64,000 nt of DNA from a virus (lineage: Duplodnaviria; Caudoviricetes). The notes under the pieces were generated by a model, which did no database searches, was not told the DNA's origin, and saw nothing but the letters and a program-made list of their open reading frames with translations. Below are positions 9,090 to 19,075 of this stretch, piece by piece. Positions within the stretch are counted from its first letter, which is position 1, and every line of letters starts with the position of its first letter. The stretch lies in the IMG/VR virus record IMGVR_UViG_3300033067_001097, positions 4,410-68,409 of that record, one strand, 5' to 3'. The position numbers were made by a program, and so were the translations under genes.

Positions 9090-9598
9090 CGATGCGTATG
9101 AAAAAGGGCACAACCTATCGGGAGTTGTTTCAGATTGGCAAAAAACTGGAACTACTCAAGGGTCACATTCTGACCGAAAAGCCTTCGAAGGCTACCATCG
9201 CGAAGATGCTGACGGAGGATTTGAAATTCCCTGTTGGCAAAACCACTGTGCAAAACCAGTGGAAAGCGATCTTCCCGGATGTTCCTTGGCCCCGCATGCG
9301 GGCAGAAAGGGGCAGTCGGACTGGAACTAATACTTCTCGGTTAAAAGGCGGTTATGCCTATGCTAAGTTGAATCTGGCCTTGGAGCAGAACGAAGCCATC
9401 ATTGCTACCATTGAAACCATGCTGGATCTCTTCAAGGAAACGGAAATCCTGAAGGATTTTCAGGCAACTATCCAGGAAGCCAAGGACCGCTATAACGAAA
9501 AGCTGGCCCGCAACAAACCGACAGTAGTAGCTCTCCACGAGACTACCGATCCAACTCTGTTTGATAATCTCAAGGACGCTAATGGAAGCATTGGATAA
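9086..9598 (+). CDS. Hypothetical protein
   Basis: Coupled ORF, GC-richer codon usage. Confidence 0.6.
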   Translation: MTMRMKKGTTYRELFQIGKKLELLKGHILTEKPSKATIAKMLTEDLKFPVGKTTVQNQWKAIFPDVPWPRMRAERGSRTGTNTSRLKGGYAYAKLNLALEQNEAIIATIETMLDLFKETEILKDFQATIQEAKDRYNEKLARNKPTVVALHETTDPTLFDNLKDANGSIG

Positions 9599-10019
9599 TC
9601 AGGTAGGGGGAGATCATTACAGAATCTCCCCTATGCAACCTGTAGAATTGTTCTTCCCGACCAGCCTTCCTTTCATGGAAGGCTGTGTTGTCAAATACGT
9701 ATGCAGATACGAAAAAAAGAACGGCCTAGAAGATTTACAGAAGGCTAGGCACTTCATAGATCTCATCAGGCATTTTAGGAATAAAGAATCATCTATATTT
9801 AAAAACACACTGTGGTTTATATCTGGCTATATAAACTACTGGCGACGTAGAAAAATAGTGAATGAGTTTTGCACAAAAAACAATTTGAATGAGTTCCAAC
9901 GAATCGCGATTGAGTATTCTTGCTGGCATTCGAATGTAGGACACTTGCAGGCTATTTACAACTGCATTCAGAGCCTGGAGCACTTACTTCAACTCAGAAA
10001 ACCAAATGATAATATTTAA
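9582..10019 (+). CDS. DUF3310-family protein
   Basis: QVGGDHY, FMEGCVVKYVCRYEKKNGLEDLQKARHFI. Confidence 0.85.
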   Translation: MEALDNQVGGDHYRISPMQPVELFFPTSLPFMEGCVVKYVCRYEKKNGLEDLQKARHFIDLIRHFRNKESSIFKNTLWFISGYINYWRRRKIVNEFCTKNNLNEFQRIAIEYSCWHSNVGHLQAIYNCIQSLEHLLQLRKPNDNI

Positions 10020-10770
10020 AAGTATTCGTACTAATGAAATAATTACTCCAACGTTTATTCCGAATATGACAGTATTCGGAAGTCCCGATGGAAGTCTAAA
10101 GCTTTGGAATAACTACAGAAGAGTGTTATATCATTATTATGATAAATGGTACGACTTTGCTGAATCAGTACGGAATGGCGTAGGGATGGAGCAAAGAGAA
10201 TATGTGTTTAGTACTGAAATACCCAAGCACTTCACACATAAAGATTATAAAGGGCTGAAGCAAAATCCTGACCAAATTCCTATCTTTCAGGAATTCAATT
10301 GGCTGCCGAACACAGAAGTGCCTTTAGTAGCTCCGCCTAATACATGGGTCTACAGATGTGGAGTAAAAAAAGTATTTAGTAAATTGAGTGTTTATTCTCC
10401 AGGAGTTTTTCCAGATTACTTAGAAAATTCAGTTACAACATACGAGTTTCAATATCTAGCTAATGATTCTAATATAAAATATGTTTATAATGTAGCATTT
10501 TTATCTAATTTGAATATTATTGTTCATACAAGAGCAATGAACAAAAAAAAGTTAGATCTCGCTCTGGATATTTGTAAGCATTCCCCAGCTGATACTGTGG
10601 AGATCTTCGAAAACAAGATATTCATTCATGTTAAAAATGATTGCATGCATACATTATTTAATACTAAATTTTACAAATATAATGATAAAAAAGTAAAGTA
10701 TAAAGGAAAAGTTTACGAAGCTACGTTTCAAGCAAGCCCAAAACTCAAATTAACTGAATATCAAAAATGA
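10006..10770 (+). CDS. Hypothetical protein (AT-rich)
   Basis: 254 aa ORF overlapping both neighbours. Confidence 0.6.
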   Translation: MIIFKSIRTNEIITPTFIPNMTVFGSPDGSLKLWNNYRRVLYHYYDKWYDFAESVRNGVGMEQREYVFSTEIPKHFTHKDYKGLKQNPDQIPIFQEFNWLPNTEVPLVAPPNTWVYRCGVKKVFSKLSVYSPGVFPDYLENSVTTYEFQYLANDSNIKYVYNVAFLSNLNIIVHTRAMNKKKLDLALDICKHSPADTVEIFENKIFIHVKNDCMHTLFNTKFYKYNDKKVKYKGKVYEATFQASPKLKLTEYQK

Positions 10771-12158
10771 AAATTAAAACAAAAAAAGGAAGTGTTGAGA
10801 GAGAAGTCCTGATCGGCATGATTGCCAGTAAGGAAGTCCTTTCTCAAATCGCACCGCGTTGGACTGGCAAAGGATTGTTCGGTACAGTCTGGTCCAACAT
10901 TATTGGAGGATGGTGCATTGATTATTATGAAAAATATGACAAAGCCCCTAAGCAAGTTATCAAGTCAGTGTTTACCGCTTGGGCGGAAGAGCAAGCCAAT
11001 GAAGACACGGTTAATCTTGTACAGACTTACTTAGAAGGATTGTCTGATCAGTACTCCGCGACTGGTATCAATGCCAAATACTTAGTTGATGAAGCATCCA
11101 AGCTTTTCAACAAAGTTAAGTTGGAGAAAATCAAAAACCAACTTGAGGGATTGATAGAAGCCGGGGATTACACCAAAGCCTTCCAGATCCTGGATAAGTC
11201 AAACAAGATTGAGCTAGGCTTAGGATCAGGAGTAGATTTTTTCCAAGACATAAAAAAGATGCATTCAGTTTTGGATACTTCTGTCAACCAAACCCTCATT
11301 ACGTTTCCCGGAGCCCTGGGAGAGTTCTTCGGAGATACTTTGGAGCGAGACGCTTTCGTTTCAATCTTGGCTCCTGAGAAGCGAGGAAAGACCTTTGTAA
11401 TGCAGGAATTAGCTTGGCAAGCAGTCATGCAGCAACGGAGAGTCTTATTTTTGGAATGCGGAGATTTGAGCGAGCGGCAGATCTTAAATCGTTTCTACAT
11501 CAGAGCAATTGAACGTCCAAGAAAGGCAGGACGTTTCACTGTACCTAAATTGATTACTAAAAAGTTTGAAGATGGGTTTCCTGATGTTCAGACAATTACC
11601 AAAAGTGCTAAATTAGATTTGAGTAAAGTGGAATTGGAAGCGAAATTCCAGGAGATAATCGGGAAATTAAAAACGAAAGAGCCCTTGCTAAAAGTATACA
11701 CCTACCCTACAATGAGTATCACAGTCAAAGACATAACAGAATTAGTGAAATCGCTTACAAGGAAAGGTTGGCCACCAGACGTTATCGTAACAGATTATGC
11801 TGACATTCTCGCACCGTGTAACGGCGGGATTGATACTCGCCACCAAATTAACGAGACTTGGGCAAGGATGCGGGGATTGTCAGAGACTAGTCACTCTTGC
11901 GTTATTACGGCGTCTCAGGCAGACGCCAAGAGCTACAAAGGTGATCTTCTGAGTATGGAAAACTTTTCAGAAGATAAGAGAAAGTTCGCACACGTGACAG
12001 CCTGTTTCGGGCTGAACCAGAAAGAGCTTGAGAAAAAGAAAGACGTGATGCGACTTAATTGGATTGTAAGACGAGAAGCAGAAAGTCTTCAAAGCCAAGT
12101 AGTGTACGTTGCCGGCAGTCGTTCCATTGCCAATGTGTTTGTTACCTCAACATGGTGA
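10767..12158 (+). CDS. DnaB-like (SF4) replicative helicase
   Basis: Walker A APEKRGKT, VIVTDYADIL, VITASQAD, SEDKRK. Confidence 0.82.
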   Translation: MKIKTKKGSVEREVLIGMIASKEVLSQIAPRWTGKGLFGTVWSNIIGGWCIDYYEKYDKAPKQVIKSVFTAWAEEQANEDTVNLVQTYLEGLSDQYSATGINAKYLVDEASKLFNKVKLEKIKNQLEGLIEAGDYTKAFQILDKSNKIELGLGSGVDFFQDIKKMHSVLDTSVNQTLITFPGALGEFFGDTLERDAFVSILAPEKRGKTFVMQELAWQAVMQQRRVLFLECGDLSERQILNRFYIRAIERPRKAGRFTVPKLITKKFEDGFPDVQTITKSAKLDLSKVELEAKFQEIIGKLKTKEPLLKVYTYPTMSITVKDITELVKSLTRKGWPPDVIVTDYADILAPCNGGIDTRHQINETWARMRGLSETSHSCVITASQADAKSYKGDLLSMENFSEDKRKFAHVTACFGLNQKELEKKKDVMRLNWIVRREAESLQSQVVYVAGSRSIANVFVTSTW

Positions 12159-12161
12159 ACT

Positions 12162-12899
12162 ATGTCCACTTTTAAAACCTTGCTTGATAAGTTTAGTAAG
12201 AGTATATCTAAGCCGTTCTTCAAGAAGATCCTTAACGCAAGCTCTCCCCAAGATGCGTTTGATGCTTACCGGGATGATGACTTTCCGCCGCAGATTCGAG
12301 CAAGCTATAATGAAGATTTGATCAAGGCGATGGGAGCTCATGCCAGTAGTTACTTCTTCATGGGGGCTTTAGCCCAAGTCGTAATGATGGGGAAGTTTCA
12401 TGAGCATCTGGAGAAAAGAGGGAGGACTAAAGATATCGATGCTGGACAACTTGCAGCCTTGGTTTTAGAAACGTTCGCAGCCATGTACTTCTTGCAACAA
12501 GAGCAAGAATTCAAAATTCACTGTGGTGCTTCCAAGGCCATTATGCTTGAGATCCAGGCTATGTCTGAAGGCAAGCCTTTTCTCAATCCTGATCTCTGTA
12601 ACTGCCCAAAGTGCAGGCAGAAGAAAAAGGAAAAGGATCCTGCCAGTATCTTCGAAGATGCAATGGAAGGGACTTCAGAACCACCGACTGAGAAGATTTC
12701 TGAAGATTTGGTCAAAGAATTGTTTGCGAAATTCATGGGGATGAATCCAGACGATATCAAAGTCTTCAAGCTTAACCCTAGCGATACTCCAGGGGAGCCA
12801 CCGCAGGAAATCAAGGATCTGATTGATAAGGGTGTGGATGAGTTTTTCAAAAAGGAAGAAGAGAAATTGAGGAAACGGAGTCAAGCTGAAAACAATTAA
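12162..12899 (+). CDS. Hypothetical protein
   Basis: 245 aa ORF with CNCPKC. Confidence 0.65.
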   Translation: MSTFKTLLDKFSKSISKPFFKKILNASSPQDAFDAYRDDDFPPQIRASYNEDLIKAMGAHASSYFFMGALAQVVMMGKFHEHLEKRGRTKDIDAGQLAALVLETFAAMYFLQQEQEFKIHCGASKAIMLEIQAMSEGKPFLNPDLCNCPKCRQKKKEKDPASIFEDAMEGTSEPPTEKISEDLVKELFAKFMGMNPDDIKVFKLNPSDTPGEPPQEIKDLIDKGVDEFFKKEEEKLRKRSQAENN

Positions 12900-13303
12900 T
12901 GTTCCCTTGTCAATTAATTGATAGGATGTGGAAGTCCCTAGATACAAATCGGGGACTTTCTGTTTTACCCGGAGCGTCTATGACAATATCAGAAGTAGGT
13001 GCCGATTTAGCAAAATATAAAGATAGAAAAGCTGCTATGCATCTCAGTTATATAGTTGATACTGTATATTTTATAAATAAAGCTGTGCCTACAGATATCA
13101 AATACGAATATAATTGTATTTTTATTTATTATAAAAATTACATAACATTAGTTCATTATACTAAAGGTAGAAATAAAACTCGTTACGCATTATATAATGC
13201 CATTAATAACTCTACTAATTTTGAAATAAATAACGTTGAAGAAGCAGAGCAAGTCGGCCGATTCATTTCTATGGTTATGGAGCTATCTGATGCAAAGAAT
13301 TGA
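12899..13303 (+). CDS. Hypothetical protein (AT-rich)
   Basis: TAATG coupling. Confidence 0.55.
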   Translation: MFPCQLIDRMWKSLDTNRGLSVLPGASMTISEVGADLAKYKDRKAAMHLSYIVDTVYFINKAVPTDIKYEYNCIFIYYKNYITLVHYTKGRNKTRYALYNAINNSTNFEINNVEEAEQVGRFISMVMELSDAKN

Positions 13304-13655
13304 ACCAGAAACTCTTGCAGACGTTAAAAAAGCATTGAACCTTATTGAATGTTCCCAAGAATATAAAGATTATATAAGCATAATTACAACATGGATTATG
13401 CTTAAGCATCACTTATTGCCATCTGTTATAGAAGTGTACAAATCTAATCTTATAGAAATATTTTATGGAAATAGAAGCGAAATAAATATATTTGTTGTGA
13501 TCTATGGTAGTAACACTGATATAGGTTTGGGTGGGACTCGTATTAAACCAGAACGTCAAGGTGGATTAGGCATTGAGAGTGAAGAAGATGCTTATTCAAT
13601 CGCAAATCTAATTTCTACACTAATTCTAGAAATAGGATTAAAAAATGCTAGTTGA
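13290..13655 (+). CDS. Hypothetical protein (AT-rich)
   Basis: Start trimmed to MQRIEP; overlaps neighbours. Confidence 0.55.
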   Translation: MQRIEPETLADVKKALNLIECSQEYKDYISIITTWIMLKHHLLPSVIEVYKSNLIEIFYGNRSEINIFVVIYGSNTDIGLGGTRIKPERQGGLGIESEEDAYSIANLISTLILEIGLKNAS

Positions 13656-14004
13656 ACAAATAATTAAAGTAACTGATTATTCTCATGCATGTAACACAAT
13701 CAAGGAAAATATTACGGATTATGAAATAGTCAAAAAAATGCTATATTCAATTAGTAAAATTTACGTTGATGTTAAATGTCCAGATAAAATTACAATAAGA
13801 AAATATAAGGTAGGCTACAAAGAGGGATTTGTCGTTATTTTCCAATATGGAGATTATTACCTACAGTATCAAAAAATGACATCGTGTCGAACCGACATTA
13901 TAACCATAAAAACACATACTAAAAATGAAGAAGTTGATGTCAATGATTACGAAGCAATTACAAGTTTGTTTATTGAAATACTAAAAGAAAGTTTAAAAGT
14001 ATGA
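13645..14004 (+). CDS. Hypothetical protein (AT-rich)
   Basis: Overlaps neighbours. Confidence 0.55.
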   Translation: MLVEQIIKVTDYSHACNTIKENITDYEIVKKMLYSISKIYVDVKCPDKITIRKYKVGYKEGFVVIFQYGDYYLQYQKMTSCRTDIITIKTHTKNEEVDVNDYEAITSLFIEILKESLKV

Positions 14005-14258
14005 GCACTCTGATCATGAAGCGTTGGAAGTGTCCCTATTGTAACTTCGGAGGACTGCTTACACGTGGAACGATTAGATTCACTACTCAACTGATTGACG
14101 AACAGGGGAAATGTCACAGACTAGATATTCCTGCTCTTGAAGTATTCATCTGCAAATGCGGAGCACCTGTCTTTACTGAGGAAACAGATATTACAATCCT
14201 CAACGAATACAAAAATTACATGAAGGAGAAAAATGACAAGCATAGTAAATCGGCTTGA
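14001..14258 (+). CDS. Zn-ribbon protein (YgiT/MqsA N-terminal-like)
   Basis: CPYC...IPALEVFICKCGAPVFTEE. Confidence 0.6.
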   Translation: MSTLIMKRWKCPYCNFGGLLTRGTIRFTTQLIDEQGKCHRLDIPALEVFICKCGAPVFTEETDITILNEYKNYMKEKNDKHSKSA

Positions 14259-15291
14259 TCTAATCCAAGTTCTTGAATCTGTATCTCCAGGATTAGGAAA
14301 AAGCGTTGAGCAGTCAGACTCTTATGTATTTCATAATGGCGATGTGTTCACATATAACGGAGAGGTAGCCTGTCGTACCAAATCACCATTAAAGATCTCA
14401 GGGGCATTAAAGCATATTTCTATCTCGAAGATCCTTCCGCAATTGTCTGATGAGACTCTTCAAGTTGAAGTGGAAAACAACTGTTGTAAGTTTCTCGGGA
14501 AGCGGAAGCAAATCAAGGTGGCTTTCGATCCGGCAATCAAGCTGCCCTTTGCGATCGTGGAGAAGCCGAAAGAGGCAGATTGGATTATTCTACCTGATAA
14601 CTTCCTGGAAGCTTTGGGACTTGTTTTGGAATCGATCGGGGACGACGAAGAGAAGTTCCTTGCCAACTGCCTCCACATTCATCCGAAATGGATTGAAGGC
14701 ACGGACAACACCCAGATTATGCGGTACCGGTTGAAGATGGGCGTGCGAGCTCCAATCTTGGTAAAGAAAGGAAGTATCAAACATCTTCTAAACATGGATG
14801 TTCAGCAGATGTGCGAAACGGAGAACTGGATACATTTTAGATCAGTAGATAACAATTCGATCGTCTACTCTTGTTTGAAGTCAACCGGGAGTTATCTGGA
14901 TCTAACTCCAATCGTAAAGATTGATGTAGATAAGAAGATTACCTTCCCTAAAGCACTTGCCGAGATTGCAGACCGGGCAGCAGTGCCAGCTTATGAAGTA
15001 GGGAAAGCAGAAGCGAAGATTACAGTAAAGTTAAAGAATGGCAAGATGATGGTTTGCGGAGCTGGAGCTACAGCGGAATACTCCGAATGGAGCAAGGCCC
15101 GATATGCTGGCCCGGACTTGGAATTCCAAGTTCCTCCCAAGATCTTTATTGAATTAACTAAGAAATTTGAAACTGTTGGAATCAATGAAAACGTATTGAA
15201 GGTACGTTCTGAAGACTTTGTTTACATGTGCTCACTTGCATCTGAGCGAAGCGAAATCAAGGAACAGGAAAATGACAATGACACAGAATGA
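14233..15291 (+). CDS. DNA polymerase sliding clamp (beta-clamp-like)
   Basis: 352 aa, beta-clamp-like size and pattern; position in replisome with clamp loader. Confidence 0.68.
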   Translation: MTSIVNRLDLIQVLESVSPGLGKSVEQSDSYVFHNGDVFTYNGEVACRTKSPLKISGALKHISISKILPQLSDETLQVEVENNCCKFLGKRKQIKVAFDPAIKLPFAIVEKPKEADWIILPDNFLEALGLVLESIGDDEEKFLANCLHIHPKWIEGTDNTQIMRYRLKMGVRAPILVKKGSIKHLLNMDVQQMCETENWIHFRSVDNNSIVYSCLKSTGSYLDLTPIVKIDVDKKITFPKALAEIADRAAVPAYEVGKAEAKITVKLKNGKMMVCGAGATAEYSEWSKARYAGPDLEFQVPPKIFIELTKKFETVGINENVLKVRSEDFVYMCSLASERSEIKEQENDNDTE

Positions 15292-15841
15292 GCGAATGAT
15301 CTATCTGGACAAACTCCAGGAAGACGGGAAGAAAATGGGATTCATTCGAATGATCCCAAACATTGCCAAGATACCAGACAAAGTATTTCAAGAGATCTTG
15401 GATAATCCTGACTTTTACTTTGAAGTTAAAAATTACATTCCTATGACAGAGTGGGAATGGGAGGGTGCAGTTATTCTGCCAAATGAGAAATACCTTAATA
15501 GACTATCAATTAATGTATTTAAATTGTCAACTCACATTGGAGATTATTTTATTTCCTCTATCGGCTCTCTTTGGACTCCAGGACTGGCAATGCCCGAGGG
15601 ATTGCGTAGAGATATTTTTGATACTGCTAATTTTAGAAACGGAATTACTAATTTATGGAATGCTCATAAAGCTCCAAAGGATCGTGTGACATTTGACTAC
15701 GAAACTATGGTATTTAAAAAAGATGATAAAGTAGAAATTGACTTTAGAGATCTTGAATGCTATCGGTCATTAGATCCTGAAGAAATCAAAGGCTATCATT
15801 ACTTGTGTTGTGCATACTATTCAGTCTTAGAGAAAGAATAA
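15272..15841 (+). CDS. Hypothetical protein
   Basis: Start trimmed; coupled to next gene. Confidence 0.55.
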   Translation: MTMTQNERMIYLDKLQEDGKKMGFIRMIPNIAKIPDKVFQEILDNPDFYFEVKNYIPMTEWEWEGAVILPNEKYLNRLSINVFKLSTHIGDYFISSIGSLWTPGLAMPEGLRRDIFDTANFRNGITNLWNAHKAPKDRVTFDYETMVFKKDDKVEIDFRDLECYRSLDPEEIKGYHYLCCAYYSVLEKE

Positions 15842-17043
15842 TGTTCTTTTCTAAATCACAATTAACTCAGGTGGAGTCTCCATTCTCGCTCGTTCCCAAG
15901 TGCGAGAAATGTAAACTCTACATTCAGTGCAGCTCCCCAAAGCTGCAAGTGGCAGGGCAAGGAAAGCGAAGCATCTTGATCATCCTGGATGGCCCTACCT
16001 CCAAGGATGATGCGGCTGGGGTGATCGGGACGGGGGATGCCAAGATTCTCTTTACCCGGCTTCTGAAGCCTCTGGGAATTGATTACGAGCGGGATTGCTG
16101 GATCACTGGAGCAACAATCTGTCACAGTAAGAAAGTCTTTCCCGCTGCCTCTGAACTTGAAAGAATCATCAGTAGCTGCCGACCTAATCTAATCAATGTT
16201 ATTAAAGAGTACGAACCAGATATAATTATTCCAGTTGGTAGTTTCGCTCTGAAGTCTTTGCTGGGATATGTCTGGAAAAAGAAGGGGGAAGATCTCTCCA
16301 GCCAGGACCGTTGGGCAGGCTGGCTAATTCCTTGCCAGAGTCTGAATGCTTGGATCTGCCCTATCTACAATCCTATGTTTGTGGCGAAGCAGAAGAATCA
16401 ATTGTATGATTTATATCTGAATAACAGTATCAAAGAGATTGCCAAGTTGAGTGGTAAGCCCTGGAAGAAAATTCCGGATTGGAAATCAGAAGTCAAGATC
16501 TTGATGGATCCTAAAGATGTCATTAAACAATTGAAATATCTTAAGACAAAGCCTGCAATCAGTTTCGATTATGAAACTAACTGTTTGAAGCCAGACAATG
16601 ATAGCAGTCTGATCTACGCATGCTCTATGTCTGATGGTGATACTACCATTGCGTTTCCTATGAAGAAAGAAGTTATTCCTTATGTTCAATCAATTCTATT
16701 TGACAAAAACATAAAGAAGTCTGGCTGGAATATCCAGTTTGAAGATCGCTGGACTGCCGCGAAGCTCGGGGGCTATGTGAAGGGTTGGGATTGGGATGGT
16801 ATGGTTAACTCTCACCTGATCGACACCAGAGACGATATCAACAGCTTGAAGTTCCAAGCTTTCGTGCGTCTAGGACTCCCAGTCTACACGGATGACACCG
16901 AAGATTACCTGAATGCTGAAGGTGGATATTCTCTCAACCGGATCAATGAAATTGGGTGGAGTAGACTGCTGCTCTACAACGGATTGGATAGCCTGATCGA
17001 AAATAAAATCACGAAGCTCCAAAAGAAACTCATAGGAGTTTAG
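15841..17043 (+). CDS. N-terminal half of split DNA polymerase: degenerate family-4 UDG-like domain + 3'-5' exonuclease
   Basis: CEKCKL...C, ILDGPT, ITGATICH, PIYNP (UDG-like); FDYET, WNIQFE, YNGLD (ExoI-III). Confidence 0.8.
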   Translation: MFFSKSQLTQVESPFSLVPKCEKCKLYIQCSSPKLQVAGQGKRSILIILDGPTSKDDAAGVIGTGDAKILFTRLLKPLGIDYERDCWITGATICHSKKVFPAASELERIISSCRPNLINVIKEYEPDIIIPVGSFALKSLLGYVWKKKGEDLSSQDRWAGWLIPCQSLNAWICPIYNPMFVAKQKNQLYDLYLNNSIKEIAKLSGKPWKKIPDWKSEVKILMDPKDVIKQLKYLKTKPAISFDYETNCLKPDNDSSLIYACSMSDGDTTIAFPMKKEVIPYVQSILFDKNIKKSGWNIQFEDRWTAAKLGGYVKGWDWDGMVNSHLIDTRDDINSLKFQAFVRLGLPVYTDDTEDYLNAEGGYSLNRINEIGWSRLLLYNGLDSLIENKITKLQKKLIGV

Positions 17044-17044
17044 T

Positions 17045-17218
17045 ATGGAAATTATTGTTCTGATTGCTTTGTTCTTATACTACTTTGTGTTTTTTGGAAT
17101 TTTACTATTCCAAGGAATGCAAATTAAGTATCTAAAAGCAAAGATAGCAGTATTAGAAGGAACTTTAAACTTCTATCAGAACAAACCAAAACTCAAAGAT
17201 CCCGAGTATTACATATGA
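17045..17218 (+). CDS. Small membrane protein (57 aa, not in ORF track) between the polymerase halves
   Basis: MEIIVLIALFLYYFVFFGILLF; stop overlaps the ATG of the polymerase gene. Confidence 0.6.
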   Translation: MEIIVLIALFLYYFVFFGILLFQGMQIKYLKAKIAVLEGTLNFYQNKPKLKDPEYYI

Positions 17219-18633
17219 TTGCGGCAACTCCGGAAGCAGTAGATTTCTATCGTCAGACTGTTCTAGCTTTCTCAAGAATGTCAAAGAATGGAATCCGCAT
17301 CAATGTTCCTAGACTCAAACAAACTATTGTAGATATATCTAAAAAGATCGATCTCTTGGAAGAAGAGCTGAAAGAGGAGTCAGAGTTTCAATGGCTGCAA
17401 AAGCGGTTCGGGAGTAAAGCCAACGTCTCTTCCAGGGATCAACTCCGGGAGTACTTCTTCGAAGAGCTGGGGATGAAGCCCAAGACTTACACAGCGAAAG
17501 GACAAGCTAAGCTAGATAAGGATTTTTTAGAATCAGAGTGCATGGGATACAAGTACGTTGAGACTTTCCTACTTAGGGAAAAGTACCTCAAAGCAAATTC
17601 AACATACTTGAAGAATCTTTTAAGGGAAACAGACTCTGATGGATTCCTGCATCCTTTTTTCCATCTCCACATTACAAGCACACTGCGAACATCTAGCAGC
17701 ATGCCGAACTTCCAAAATATGCCTATCCGTGATAAGCATATCGGACCATTGATTCGACAACTCATCATTCCAAGAGATGGAAGAGTATTAGTAGAGATCG
17801 ATTACGGGGCTATGGAATTCAGAATCGCGGCTTCCTTCTGGGAAGACCCTGCGATGATCCAATATGCCAGTAATCCAAAGAAAGACATTCACCGCGATCA
17901 AGCTATGCAGTGCTACAAGCTGAGCATGGAAGAAGTGTCAAAGGATGCCCGGTACTGTGCCAAAAACAAGTTCGTATTTCCAATCCTATATGGAAGCTAC
18001 TACGTCAGCTGTGCGAAGAATCTTTGGCTCCATATGAATACTATGGATCTTAAGTTAGCAAATGATAATAAAACTACTGTTAAAGATCATTTGCGGAAGA
18101 AAGGAATCAAGAAGCTTGGAACTTGTGATCCCCGGCAGTCCCCAAAGATAGGAACATTTGAGTATCTGATTAAGCAAGCAGAAGATAACTTCAATAAGAA
18201 GTTCCACGTATTCTGTGACAAGAAAGAAAAATGGTGGGATGACTATGTAAAGAATGGTTATTTCCGGATGAAGACGGGCTTTGTGATCAACGGAATCCAT
18301 TCTAGACTGTTCTTGATGAATACTCCAATTCAGGGAACGGCATCTCACTGTTTAGACTGGTCTATTGTGGAAATGACCAAAGAGCTTATTCGGAAGAAGA
18401 TGGGATCCCTGCTGATCGCTCAGATCCACGACTGTGTAATTGCAGACGTGCCGATTGCAGAGCTTCAGGACTTCCTGAATATGGCAGAGCACACTATGAC
18501 TGTAGCTATTCGAAAGTATTGGGACTGGATCAAGACCCCATTGGAAATCGAAGTGGATGTGGTACAAAATGATGAATCCTGGGATATGAAAAAGCCCTGG
18601 ATTAAGAAAGATTCTTTCTGGGTTCCCAAATGA
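17215..18633 (+). CDS. polA: Family A DNA polymerase, polymerase domain only
   Basis: TLRTSSSMPNFQN, EIDYGAMEFRI (motif A), RYCAKNKFVFPILYG (B), NTPIQGTA, QIHDCVI (C). Confidence 0.92.
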   Translation: MIAATPEAVDFYRQTVLAFSRMSKNGIRINVPRLKQTIVDISKKIDLLEEELKEESEFQWLQKRFGSKANVSSRDQLREYFFEELGMKPKTYTAKGQAKLDKDFLESECMGYKYVETFLLREKYLKANSTYLKNLLRETDSDGFLHPFFHLHITSTLRTSSSMPNFQNMPIRDKHIGPLIRQLIIPRDGRVLVEIDYGAMEFRIAASFWEDPAMIQYASNPKKDIHRDQAMQCYKLSMEEVSKDARYCAKNKFVFPILYGSYYVSCAKNLWLHMNTMDLKLANDNKTTVKDHLRKKGIKKLGTCDPRQSPKIGTFEYLIKQAEDNFNKKFHVFCDKKEKWWDDYVKNGYFRMKTGFVINGIHSRLFLMNTPIQGTASHCLDWSIVEMTKELIRKKMGSLLIAQIHDCVIADVPIAELQDFLNMAEHTMTVAIRKYWDWIKTPLEIEVDVVQNDESWDMKKPWIKKDSFWVPK

Positions 18634-19067
18634 AAAAGCAAAAAGAGGATCGGGTAAACTCTCCGCACCTTCCACAAATCCAGCCAGAATACTGTAAAAT
18701 ACTTATTACAGGAAGTCCTAAGTATGATAAGAAAGACGAACTATTTAAAATCCTGGAAAAGATTCTGGAGAAAAAGGAAAAAGTATGTGTGATAACAAGT
18801 ACTTATTTCACTCGCGGAGAGGACAAGAAACTCAGAGGGGTAGATAGTCTTGTCGCGGAGTGGAGCTATAAAAGCAAACGAAGTAAACGTCTGGTGATAT
18901 TCCATCCTGAAGAATGCCTTACTGTAGAAGATATGTATTTAGCTATGATAGCTTACTGCGAGCGGGCGGTTATCTTCACAGATGGGAAAGATGCAAGAAT
19001 ATCAAATGTAATTAGATTACTTAAAGAGAAAAAGAATCCTAAGCACTTTAAAGTACTCTCTATTTAA
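18630..19067 (+). CDS. SLOG-superfamily (DUF2493-like) protein
   Basis: KILITGSPKY...GVDSLVAEW...AVIFTDG. Confidence 0.6.
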   Translation: MKKQKEDRVNSPHLPQIQPEYCKILITGSPKYDKKDELFKILEKILEKKEKVCVITSTYFTRGEDKKLRGVDSLVAEWSYKSKRSKRLVIFHPEECLTVEDMYLAMIAYCERAVIFTDGKDARISNVIRLLKEKKNPKHFKVLSI

Positions 19068-19075
19068 GGAAGATT

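Noticed and set aside
17044-17218. Self-splicing intron within the polymerase
   Set aside because: Only ~170 nt, no group I/II core recognised, and a clean coupled ORF fills it.
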